This document shows, in pieces, positions 7,442-15,496 of a DNA stretch of 15,496 nt; the stretch's first letter is position 1; every line of letters begins with the position of its first letter. Where the stretch lies: positions 1 through 15,496 of the forward strand of contig JAYGCN010000226.1 of assembly GCA_046583315.1 (NCBI GenBank), read 5' to 3'. Both the position numbers and the translations under genes were made by a program. The notes beneath the pieces were generated by a model. The model was given only the letters and a program-made list of their open reading frames with translations. It made no database searches and had not been told where the DNA came from. The DNA comes from Candidatus Hydrogenedentota bacterium. Its GTDB lineage: Bacteria; Hydrogenedentota; Hydrogenedentia; Hydrogenedentales; GCA-2746185.

Positions 7442-7643
7442 TACAACTCTGAGTTGCGCTACGAAATTGCGACGTAAGCCTGAGACCCGATTTCTTGGCC
7501 CCTGCTCGAATACGACACGTGCTTGCTTGGGTATCGGCTCGAATTCTCACCCGATGCGATTTCCAAAACGAAAACGCACATTATCGAGTGGTGTGCATAA
7601 AACCACGGTACAGAAACCCTTCGAAACGAAAAAGGAGCTAACT

Positions 7644-8642
7644 ATGTCAATCAGCATCGGTATCAACGGATTCGGCCGCATTGGTCGTAACGTATTCAAA
7701 GTTCTGATGAATAACGACAATTTTGAGGTCGCTGCGATTAACGACCTTACAGACGCGAAGACGCTGGCGCATTTGCTCAAATACGACAGCAGCTACGGCG
7801 TATATCCCGGTACCGTTGAAGCGGGTGACAGCGCGATCATCGTAGACGGTAAAGAAATCAAGATTACGGCAGAACGCAACCCTTCTGACCTGAAATGGGG
7901 CGACCTGGGTGTGGACATGGTTCTTGAATCCACCGGTATCTTCACAACGCGCGAGCAATGCCAGCAGCATATCGATGCCGGAACGAAGAAGGTGTTGCTT
8001 TCTGTGCCGCCCAAGGGTGATGTAGACGCGTTAATCGTGATGGGTGTGAATGACGATACGCTGAAATCCGATGACACAGTCGTCTCCAACGCCAGCTGCA
8101 CGACGAACTGTCTTGCACCGATGGCCAAAGTGTTGCACGAGTCTTTCGGCATCAAACACGGCCTCATGAATACGATTCACGCGTACACGAATGACCAGCG
8201 TTTACAGGATATGCCTCACAGCGACCTGCGCCGTTCACGTGCTGCGGCGGAGTCCATTATTCCAACCACGACGGGTGCTGCCCGTGCCGTGGGCAAAGTG
8301 TTGCCTGCATTGAACGGAAAACTCGATGGCTTCGCGATGCGTGTACCGATTTCCGTAGGTTCGGTGGTTGACTTGACCGCCGTTCTGGAAAAAGACGCTT
8401 CAGTTGAAGACATCAATGCTGCTATTAAGGTTGCGGCGGATGGCCCGTTGAAGGGCATTCTTGAATACACAGAAGACCCCATCGTCTCCAAAGACATCGT
8501 GGGCAACGCAAGCTCAAGCATCTTTGATTCACTGATGACCACGTGCATGGATGGTAACTTCATCAAAGTTGTTTCCTGGTACGACAACGAATGGGGTTAC
8601 TCGAATCGTTGCGTAGACCTCTTCGCGAAGATGGCTGACTAA
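7644..8642 (+). CDS. gap: Glyceraldehyde-3-phosphate dehydrogenase, type I
   Basis: [22 protein letters not shown] and WYDNEWGYS motifs. The true start is ATG 7644 after AAAGGAG; the upstream extension in the ORF track is spurious. Confidence 0.98.
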   Translation: MSISIGINGFGRIGRNVFKVLMNNDNFEVAAINDLTDAKTLAHLLKYDSSYGVYPGTVEAGDSAIIVDGKEIKITAERNPSDLKWGDLGVDMVLESTGIFTTREQCQQHIDAGTKKVLLSVPPKGDVDALIVMGVNDDTLKSDDTVVSNASCTTNCLAPMAKVLHESFGIKHGLMNTIHAYTNDQRLQDMPHSDLRRSRAAAESIIPTTTGAARAVGKVLPALNGKLDGFAMRVPISVGSVVDLTAVLEKDASVEDINAAIKVAADGPLKGILEYTEDPIVSKDIVGNASSSIFDSLMTTCMDGNFIKVVSWYDNEWGYSNRCVDLFAKMAD

Positions 8643-8649
8643 TATAACG

Positions 8650-9885
8650 ATGAACAAGCTCAGCCTGACCGATTTAGAATTAACTGATAAAACCGTTCTC
8701 ATGCGCGTGGACTTTAACGTCCCGCAGCGTGAGGACGGTTCTGTTTCTGACGACACCCGTATTCGCGGCGCACTCAAGAGTATCGAGTACATTCGTGAAC
8801 ACGGCGCGAAACTCATCCTGATGTCTCACTTGGGACGTCCGAAAAATATCGATACGGCCAAGGACGATACCGAACGTGCTGAATTTGAAGCGATAAATGC
8901 GAAACTCGGTATGGGGCCCATCGTCGATAATCTCCGCGACAAAGTTGGTGGCACGGTGACGAGCGTCGAAGGGGTCGTTGGGCCTGAGGTTGAAGCGGCG
9001 GTTGCGGCGATGAGCGCGGGTGACATTCTCGTACTCGGCAATACGCGTCTACATCCTGGTGAGACCAAAAACGATCCCGAATTATCGAAAGCACTGGCTT
9101 CTCTGGCCGATCTCTACGTCAGTGATGCTTTCGGTGCGGTACATCGTGCCCATGCTTCCACGGAAGGCGTGACCCATTTTTTCGAACAGAACGCTGCGGG
9201 ATTCCTGGTGACTTCCGAGATTGAATACTTCGACGCTATCTTGAACCGCCCTCAACGACCTTTGCTGGCGATTCTGGGCGGTGCGAAGGTGTCCGACAAG
9301 ATAACCGTCATCGAAAATCTGCTGGAATTCGTGGATACCCTGATTATAGGGGGTGGAATGGCCTATACCTTCATGAAGGCGCAGGGCTACGAAATCGGAA
9401 AATCGCTCTTGGATGAAGCGGGACTCGTTGTGGCTGAACAGGTTATGGTAAAAGCAACCGAAAAAGGTGTACAATTGTTGCTTCCCGTCGATAATGTCAC
9501 GGCGGACGATTTTGTTCCCGATGCGAACATCCGTATTGCAGAAGTCGGCGACATCGATGCCGATTGGCAAGGACTCGATATCGGACCCAGAACAATTGAA
9601 TTATTCAGTGAAGCGATTGGCAATGCGAAAACGGTCGTCTGGAATGGGCCTCTGGGTGTATTCGAGATGGACGCGTTTGCAGGCGGCACGAAAGCCATCG
9701 CCGAACTACTCGCCTCGCGCGACGACATCACAAGTGTCATTGGCGGCGGCGATACAGCGGCGGCAGTCGTGAAATTCGGATTGGCCGATAGAATGTCGCA
9801 TGTCTCCACCGGAGGCGGCGCATCGTTGGAAATGTTAGAAGGCAAGGCTCTGCCGGGGATCGTTTCCCTGACGGATAAATCATAA
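8650..9885 (+). CDS. pgk: Phosphoglycerate kinase
   Basis: [43 protein letters not shown] and STGGGASLE motifs. Confidence 0.98.
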   Translation: MNKLSLTDLELTDKTVLMRVDFNVPQREDGSVSDDTRIRGALKSIEYIREHGAKLILMSHLGRPKNIDTAKDDTERAEFEAINAKLGMGPIVDNLRDKVGGTVTSVEGVVGPEVEAAVAAMSAGDILVLGNTRLHPGETKNDPELSKALASLADLYVSDAFGAVHRAHASTEGVTHFFEQNAAGFLVTSEIEYFDAILNRPQRPLLAILGGAKVSDKITVIENLLEFVDTLIIGGGMAYTFMKAQGYEIGKSLLDEAGLVVAEQVMVKATEKGVQLLLPVDNVTADDFVPDANIRIAEVGDIDADWQGLDIGPRTIELFSEAIGNAKTVVWNGPLGVFEMDAFAGGTKAIAELLASRDDITSVIGGGDTAAAVVKFGLADRMSHVSTGGGASLEMLEGKALPGIVSLTDKS

Positions 9886-9916
9886 CCGTATACCGCGAAG
9901 GTATGCATGCTGAATG

Positions 9917-9968
9917 GAACCGGCTTCTCGGTTTGTCGACTCACCGACGATCTACTGGGAACCAGGTC
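9917..9968 (+). ncRNA. Probable S15 (rpsO) autoregulatory leader RNA
   Basis: GGCTTCTCGGT (9922-9932) pairs with ACTGGGAACC (9954-9963). The apical TCG-ACTCACCGA-CGA and flanking AACC...GGT resemble the Bacillus/Geobacillus-type rpsO leader as I recall it. Lies directly before the rpsO RBS. Confidence 0.65.
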
Positions 9969-9992
9969 TAGACGCACGAAAGGTGACAAGAA

Positions 9993-10262
9993 ATGGCTGT
10001 ATCCAAAGAACGTAAAGCAGAGCTTACCAAGGAATTTGGTAAAGACGAATCCGATACCGGATCCCCCGAAGTGCAGGTCGCTCTCTTGACCGAGAACATC
10101 AACAACCTCACCGAACACTTCAAAACCCACAAGAAAGATCACGCAGGACGTCGTGGCCTTCTGAAAATGGTGGGTCAACGTCGTAATCTTCTCAACTACA
10201 TCCGTCAGCGCGATGTAGCCGGTTATCGTACCATCATCAAGACGCTCGGATTGCGTAAGTAA
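9993..10262 (+). CDS. rpsO: 30S ribosomal protein S15
   Basis: 89 aa; [13 protein letters not shown]...[31 protein letters not shown]. Confidence 0.99.
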   Translation: MAVSKERKAELTKEFGKDESDTGSPEVQVALLTENINNLTEHFKTHKKDHAGRRGLLKMVGQRRNLLNYIRQRDVAGYRTIIKTLGLRK

Positions 10263-10392
10263 TCGCGTCCGCGTCTCAACCCCTCCTACAAAGTAAGAAA
10301 AAATAAAAAAGCCGGAGCATCATAGGAGATGCTCCACGAATCCGGTCTGATCCAAAGAGCGATCAGGCTGAAAAGAATGGAGTTCCACAATT

Positions 10393-12606
10393 ATGGAAAC
10401 AACTTCCGTAACCGTTGGCTCATGTGAGCTGACATTCGAAACCGGACGCATCGCCAAACAGGCGCAGGGTTCGGTACTGGTCCGCAGTGGCGACACGATG
10501 GTGTTGTCTGCAGTGACCGTTGCCCCGAGCATGCGCTCTGGGCAAGACTTTTTCCCCATGACGGTCGATTACCGCGAAAAGGCGTATGCTGCAGGGTCTA
10601 TCCCCGGCAACTTCTTCCGTCGCGAGGCACGCCCGAGCGAACGCGAAATTCTCGTGTGTCGTTTGACGGACCGTCCTTTACGCCCGCTATTCCCGAACGG
10701 TTTCCTAAACGAAACACAGGTTTGTCAGACGGTTATGTCGGCAGACAACGTTAACGACCCTGATGTATTATCGATCAACGCGGCCTCGGCTGCAGTACAC
10801 ATTTCCAAGATTCCGTTTGACGGCCCAATCGGTGCCGTACGCGTGGGGTACTTCGACGGCGAACTCGTCGTGATGCCCACCGTTGAGTCCATGGACGAAA
10901 GCGAAATGGACATCATTGTCGCCGGTACTGCCGATTCCATCCTGATGGTTGAAGGCTCCGCACAGGAATTGTCCGAAGAAGTCATGCTGAGCGCGATGGA
11001 CTTCGCCCACGGCCACATCAAAAACATCATCAAAGCCATCAAAGAACTTCGTAGCAAAGCCGGTGTTGAGAAGATGGACTTCACATCACCCGAAATTGAC
11101 GCTGAAGTATTGGCTGACGTTAAAGGCATCGCCGAAGCCGCAATCGTTTCTGCTCTCACCATCGCTGACAAACATGAACGCCAAGACGCGTTGGATGTCG
11201 TCAAAGACGGAGTGAAAGCAGATCTCGAAGCCAAATACGGCGAAGAAAAATATGCTGATTCCTATGCTGACCTCAAAGAATCACTCTACAAACTCGAAAA
11301 AGGCACCATGCGTCGCCAGACGCTCGATACGAAGAAACGTATTGATGGACGTGACCTCGATGAAATCCGCAAGATCACCATCGAAGTGGGAATCCTGCCG
11401 CGCGCACACGGTTCCGTACTCTTCACCCGTGGTGAAACGCAGGCCATCGTGGCTGCGACACTCGGGACTGGTCGTGATGAGCAACGCTCCGATGAATTGG
11501 TCGGCGACGTGTTTCAGAACTTCTACCTCCACTACAATTTCCCGCCGTGGTCTGTCGGTGAAACCCGTCGCATCATGGGACCGGGTCGCCGCGAAATTGG
11601 TCACGGTAAACTGGCTGAACGCGCCTTACGCGTTGTTGTGCCGGGACAGAATGAAGAAGACGAACGTTTCCCGTACACGGTTCGCATCGTGTCCGAAATC
11701 ACCGAATCCAACGGTTCGAGCTCCATGGCTTCCGTATGTGGCGGTAGCTTGGCCATGATGGACGCCGGTATACCTACCTCCGCTCCGGTGGCCGGTATTG
11801 CCATGGGCCTGATCAAAGAAGGCGACGACGTTGCGATTCTCAGCGACATCCTCGGCGCAGAAGATCACCTCGGCGACATGGACTTCAAAGTCTGTGGTAC
11901 CAAGAATGGCATCACGGCCTTCCAGATGGACTGTAAAATTGCTGGCGTCTCCCGCGAAATCATGGGCAACGCTCTCGAACAAGCTCGTGCCGGTCGTGAC
12001 CACATCCTTGGCAAGATGGCCGAAGCGCTCGACGCACCGCGTGAAGAAATGTCTAAATACGCACCGCGTATCACGTCCATCAAGATTCCGGAAGACAAAA
12101 TCCGCGACATCATCGGGCCTGGCGGTAAAGTCATTCGTGAAATCCAGTCGGCTACCGGCGCGGATATCAATATCGAAGATGACGGTACCGTCGATGTAGC
12201 CAGTGCAGATGCTGAAGGCGCTGAGGCGGCAATCGAAATGATCAAAAACCTGACCGCTGAAGCTGAAGTCGGCGCGATATACCACGGTACGGTAACGCGC
12301 CTGATGAATTTCGGTGCCTTCGTACAGGTCGTTGGAACCAAAGAAGGCATGGTTCATATTTCCGAACTAGCACCGGGTCGCGTTAATGAAGTTGAAGACG
12401 TATTGAGTGTTGGTGACGAAATCGATGTGAAGGTTATGGAAATTGACAGCATGGGTCGCGTAAACCTGTCCAAAGTACAGGCAGACGTTGAACTCGGTCG
12501 TGTCAATGCCGAAGACGTTGAAAAGAAACCACCGAGGCGTGAAGGTGGTGGCGGACGTGGTGGTCGCGATGGCGGTCGTGGCGGTGGTCGCGGCGGACGT
12601 CGCTAG
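10393..12606 (+). CDS. pnp: Polyribonucleotide nucleotidyltransferase (PNPase)
   Basis: [27 protein letters not shown] and [10 protein letters not shown] motifs; KH (IIGPGGK) and S1 (FGAFV..GMVHISE) domains; follows rpsO. Confidence 0.99.
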   Translation: METTSVTVGSCELTFETGRIAKQAQGSVLVRSGDTMVLSAVTVAPSMRSGQDFFPMTVDYREKAYAAGSIPGNFFRREARPSEREILVCRLTDRPLRPLFPNGFLNETQVCQTVMSADNVNDPDVLSINAASAAVHISKIPFDGPIGAVRVGYFDGELVVMPTVESMDESEMDIIVAGTADSILMVEGSAQELSEEVMLSAMDFAHGHIKNIIKAIKELRSKAGVEKMDFTSPEIDAEVLADVKGIAEAAIVSALTIADKHERQDALDVVKDGVKADLEAKYGEEKYADSYADLKESLYKLEKGTMRRQTLDTKKRIDGRDLDEIRKITIEVGILPRAHGSVLFTRGETQAIVAATLGTGRDEQRSDELVGDVFQNFYLHYNFPPWSVGETRRIMGPGRREIGHGKLAERALRVVVPGQNEEDERFPYTVRIVSEITESNGSSSMASVCGGSLAMMDAGIPTSAPVAGIAMGLIKEGDDVAILSDILGAEDHLGDMDFKVCGTKNGITAFQMDCKIAGVSREIMGNALEQARAGRDHILGKMAEALDAPREEMSKYAPRITSIKIPEDKIRDIIGPGGKVIREIQSATGADINIEDDGTVDVASADAEGAEAAIEMIKNLTAEAEVGAIYHGTVTRLMNFGAFVQVVGTKEGMVHISELAPGRVNEVEDVLSVGDEIDVKVMEIDSMGRVNLSKVQADVELGRVNAEDVEKKPPRREGGGGRGGRDGGRGGGRGGRR

Positions 12607-12617
12607 TTTGTAATTCC

Positions 12618-12651
12618 ATTCGGCGCCTTCTTCGGACGGCGCCGAATTTTT
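12618..12651 (+). terminator. Rho-independent terminator after pnp
   Basis: ATTCGGCGCC-t-TC-TTCG-GA-c-GGCGCCGAAT-TTTT: GC-rich stem capped by a cUUCGg tetraloop, with a U tract. Confidence 0.85.
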
Positions 12652-12691
12652 GAATAGTCAACCGGTTCTCCGAACCTGGGACAGGTATCTC

Positions 12692-13963
12692 ATGGCCTCT
12701 TCAGCCGAACTCACGCTCACCCCCGAAGTCCACACGCTCGATAACGGACTTTCGGTCATTGCCGAGTTCTTGCCCTATGTGCATTCCGTATCGATCGGCG
12801 TGTGGATCAAGACGGGTTCCGCGAACGAGATCCCAGCCGTAGCCGGTATATCCCATTTTCTTGAGCACATGTTGTTCAAAGGCACACCGACGCGTAGCTC
12901 GCGACAGTTGATGGAAGAGATCGAGAGTCGCGGTGGGCACATGAACGCCTTCACCTCGAAGGAATACACCTGTCTCTATGTAAAAATTCTGGATCAGCAT
13001 CTCGACGTGGCGCTGGATGTGCTCGCGGACATCATCAAACATTCCGAGTTCAACGATTTCGAGAAAGAGCGCAACGTCATTCTGGAAGAAATCGCTTCGG
13101 GCATCGATGTGCCGGACGAACATATCCACGACATGCTCTCGGAAAAGCACTGGCCCGAGCATCCGCTCGGACGACCTATCGCTGGGACGGACGAGACCGT
13201 CACCAATACCACGCTCGACGATATACGGGACTACAAAACGCATTGGTACTGTCCGAAAAACATGATCGTTTCTCTGGTTGGCAGTTTCGACGAGGCCACG
13301 ATCATCAGCCGCATGCGTGGGCACTTCGGCGAACTCGAATCCGACAAAATCGAACACGACTGGACAGCGCCGAATTCTCCGGGCGGACTCATCTGGGAAG
13401 AGCGCGACGTGGCACAGAACCACCTGGCCATGGCCTTTCCCGGTACGTCCATCGTGGGCGCGGGCCGCTATAACTACGACATGCTCAGCAGCGTGCTTGG
13501 TGGTGGATCGACATCGCGCCTCTTCGACACCATCCGTGAAGAAGCTGGCCTTGCTTATTCCATCTACTCCTACAATTCGATGTATCAACATGCCGGAGCG
13601 CTGGGCATCTACGCGGCCATTGCGCCGGAAAATCTGCGCCAGACCCTGGACCTGATTCGTGATGAGATCAAAAAGTTGCAGGATGTACCCGTCGGCGCAG
13701 ATGAACTCAATTCTAACCGTGAACAGTTGAAGGGTGGATTGTTATTGGCACTAGAAGGCACCTTTAGTCGCATGACGCGTATGGCACGGTCATTAATGTT
13801 TCATGATCGCGTAACGCCAATCCCTGAAATCCTGGAACATGTGGATGCCGTTACCGCCGAAGACATTCAGCTTCTCGCGCAAAAAATGTTCAGTGACGAT
13901 ACCTGCACGATGGCGATTCTGGGACCCCGCGTCTTTGAAGGCGACGTGGCGCTCGGACTCTAG
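12692..13963 (+). CDS. M16 family zinc peptidase (M16B, processing-peptidase-like)
   Basis: Inverted zinc motif HFLEH, plus [16 protein letters not shown] and [13 protein letters not shown] 12692 is preferred because TTG 12650 lies in the terminator. Usual neighbour of pnp. Confidence 0.95.
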   Translation: MASSAELTLTPEVHTLDNGLSVIAEFLPYVHSVSIGVWIKTGSANEIPAVAGISHFLEHMLFKGTPTRSSRQLMEEIESRGGHMNAFTSKEYTCLYVKILDQHLDVALDVLADIIKHSEFNDFEKERNVILEEIASGIDVPDEHIHDMLSEKHWPEHPLGRPIAGTDETVTNTTLDDIRDYKTHWYCPKNMIVSLVGSFDEATIISRMRGHFGELESDKIEHDWTAPNSPGGLIWEERDVAQNHLAMAFPGTSIVGAGRYNYDMLSSVLGGGSTSRLFDTIREEAGLAYSIYSYNSMYQHAGALGIYAAIAPENLRQTLDLIRDEIKKLQDVPVGADELNSNREQLKGGLLLALEGTFSRMTRMARSLMFHDRVTPIPEILEHVDAVTAEDIQLLAQKMFSDDTCTMAILGPRVFEGDVALGL

Positions 13964-13976
13964 CGGAGATCGGTTG

Positions 13977-14432
13977 ATGGCGGACAACAGCGTACCCATT
14001 CGCATCGTCGTTGAACCCCACGCCCAGGAATTGCCGCTCCCTGAGTATGAGACCATCAATTCCGCTGGAATGGATCTTCGGGCGGCCATTTACGAACCCG
14101 TTATCGTTGAACCCGGACATCGCACACTCATCCCCACAGGCATCCGTATTGCATTGCCGAGTGGTACCGAAGCACAGGTACGTCCACGCAGCGGACTCGC
14201 CATTCGGCAGGGAATCTCCATGGTAAATTCGCCCGGAACGATTGATGCTGACTACCGTGGAGAAATTCAGGTGATCCTGATCAATCATGGGCAAGAAACG
14301 GTGACCATCGAGCGGGGCGAACGCATCGCACAACTGGTGATCGCGCCCGTTCTGCACGCCGAATGGGACCGCGTAGACTCGCTGGATGATACCAAGCGCG
14401 GCGACGGTGGATTCGGGCATACGGGACGCTAA
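13977..14432 (+). CDS. dut: dUTP diphosphatase (trimeric)
   Basis: All five motifs present: [45 protein letters not shown] 13977 is 8 nt after GGAG. Confidence 0.98.
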   Translation: MADNSVPIRIVVEPHAQELPLPEYETINSAGMDLRAAIYEPVIVEPGHRTLIPTGIRIALPSGTEAQVRPRSGLAIRQGISMVNSPGTIDADYRGEIQVILINHGQETVTIERGERIAQLVIAPVLHAEWDRVDSLDDTKRGDGGFGHTGR

Positions 14433-14456
14433 ATGCCCTGAAATTACGCCTTTAAG

Positions 14457-14487
14457 TTGACATTGAAATCGATTAACTGGTTAACTG
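14457..14487 (+). promoter_or_regulatory. Putative promoter/operator of the dehalogenase-CoA-transferase unit
   Basis: Perfect -35 TTGACA (14457-14462); -10 uncertain (TTAACT at 14481-14486, 18-nt spacer). Inverted repeat TTAAC-TG-GTTAA at 14473-14484. Confidence 0.5.
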
Positions 14488-14530
14488 TTCTGAGCTACTT
14501 TTACCCCCTTTAGACTGAGGAGAAACTCCA

Positions 14531-15424
14531 ATGGAAATTCTGCGCACCCCGGACGAACGCTTTGCGTTTCTGCCGGAATATGACTATGAACCCAAGTATA
14601 TTGAAGTCGGTGAATTTCGCATGGCCTATACCGATGTTGGCAAGGGCGATCCCATTTTGTGTCTGCATGGTGAACCCTCCTGGGGATTTCTGTATCGTAA
14701 AATGATACCCGGTCTGTCGACTGTGGGGCGCGTCATCACGCCGGATCTGCTTGGCTTCGGCCGTTCTGACAAACCGGCTAATAAGGAAGACTTTACCTAC
14801 GCGCTGAATCTGGACGCGCTTGAAAGCCTCGTGAATCAGCTTGACCTCAAGAACATTACGCTCGTGTGTCAGGATTGGGGCGGTCTGTTAGGTCTGCCGC
14901 TCGCAACGCGCAACAATGATCGATTCGCCCGGCTAGTCATCATGAACACGGGATGCCCATCGGGTGAAGAAACACCGTCCAAGGGCTTCCTGCAATGGCT
15001 TGAAGCCGCTGAGAAAATGGAAGACATGCCGGTAGGCCAGATCCTGCAGGGCGCGACGGTATCCAATCTTCAGCCCGATATCGTGGAAGCTTACGACGCG
15101 CCATTTCCGGATAAAACGTACAAGGTTGGCGCGCACAAGTTCCCTCTGCTCGTGCCCATCAGCACGGACATGGAAGCAGCCCAGTACACGGGGCCAGCGA
15201 AAAAGGCGTTGGGCGAATGGACGAAACCCGCACTCGTGATGTTCTCAGATAAGGATCCCGTAACCGGTGGCGGGGACAAGGCGATGCGTCGCTTGATTCC
15301 CTCGGCCACGAACGAGCCCGAAATCACAATCACCCAGGGCGGCCATTTTCTTCAGGAGGACCGGGGTGAAGAAATCGCGGAACATATAATCGAGTTTATT
15401 CAACGACGCCCGATTACGTCGTAA
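14531..15424 (+). CDS. Haloalkane dehalogenase, subfamily HLD-I (DhlA/DhmA-like alpha/beta hydrolase)
   Basis: MEILRTPDERF N-terminus, LHGEPSW, nucleophile CQDWGG, GFLQW (second halide-binding Trp candidate), FSDKDP (acid), GGHFLQED (base); RBS GAGGAG. Confidence 0.9.
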   Translation: MEILRTPDERFAFLPEYDYEPKYIEVGEFRMAYTDVGKGDPILCLHGEPSWGFLYRKMIPGLSTVGRVITPDLLGFGRSDKPANKEDFTYALNLDALESLVNQLDLKNITLVCQDWGGLLGLPLATRNNDRFARLVIMNTGCPSGEETPSKGFLQWLEAAEKMEDMPVGQILQGATVSNLQPDIVEAYDAPFPDKTYKVGAHKFPLLVPISTDMEAAQYTGPAKKALGEWTKPALVMFSDKDPVTGGGDKAMRRLIPSATNEPEITITQGGHFLQEDRGEEIAEHIIEFIQRRPITS

Positions 15425-15442
15425 CGCATTTGGAGATAGTAC

Positions 15443-15496
15443 ATGCCCGCCCTTGATGGAATACGTGTTCTGGATATGACTCAATACGAAGCCGGG
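15443..15496 (+). CDS. Family III CoA-transferase (CaiB/BaiF/Frc), N-terminal 18 codons only
   Basis: GGAG RBS then MPALDGIRVLDMTQYEAG, matching the L-x-G-[IV]-R-V-L-D-x-T-x-x-x-A-G-P start of the family. Absent from the ORF track because it is truncated. Confidence 0.85.
   Translation, partial: MPALDGIRVLDMTQYEAG

Noticed and set aside
7422..7643. 74-aa N-terminal extension of GAPDH in the ORF track
   Set aside because: A strong RBS precedes ATG 7644, the canonical N-terminus starts there, and TTG 7422 lies inside the putative promoter.
12541..12603. GGTGGTCGC-type repeats as a DNA repeat or CRISPR-like element
   Set aside because: Fully explained by coding for the Gly/Arg tail; no spacers.
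12701..13591. Long antisense ORFs (296 aa here; also 9387-10178, 11626-12357 and 294-893)
   Set aside because: Shadows of conserved + strand genes caused by codon bias; no recognisable motifs.
13839..13976. N-terminal extension of dUTPase overlapping the M16 peptidase
   Set aside because: GGAG plus ATG 13977 gives the standard 151-aa protein.

Overview
Bacterial chromosomal window (roughly 55% GC by eye; the taxon cannot be assigned from sequence alone), almost all on the + strand. Left: 3' part of a monosaccharide ABC transporter operon (ATPase, permease), then uppP and a membrane protein of unknown function. Middle (about 3.8-7.4 kb): four accessory genes, each with its own sigma70-like promoter. 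They encode a secreted beta-helix-like protein whose best-placed start codon reads ACG, a signal-peptide-bearing DJ-1/PfpI protein, a secreted VirB10/TrbI-like glycine-zipper protein, and, on the - strand, a low-GC orphan PD-(D/E)XK-type nuclease-like gene with no methyltransferase. Right: housekeeping block gap-pgk-rpsO-pnp-M16 peptidase-dut, including a probable S15 autoregulatory leader RNA, then a haloalkane dehalogenase (HLD-I) followed by the start of a family III CoA-transferase. No rRNA, tRNA, CRISPR array or transposase was seen, and I cannot support a multi-gene novel system. The best leads are the orphan nuclease cassette, the ACG start and the S15 leader.
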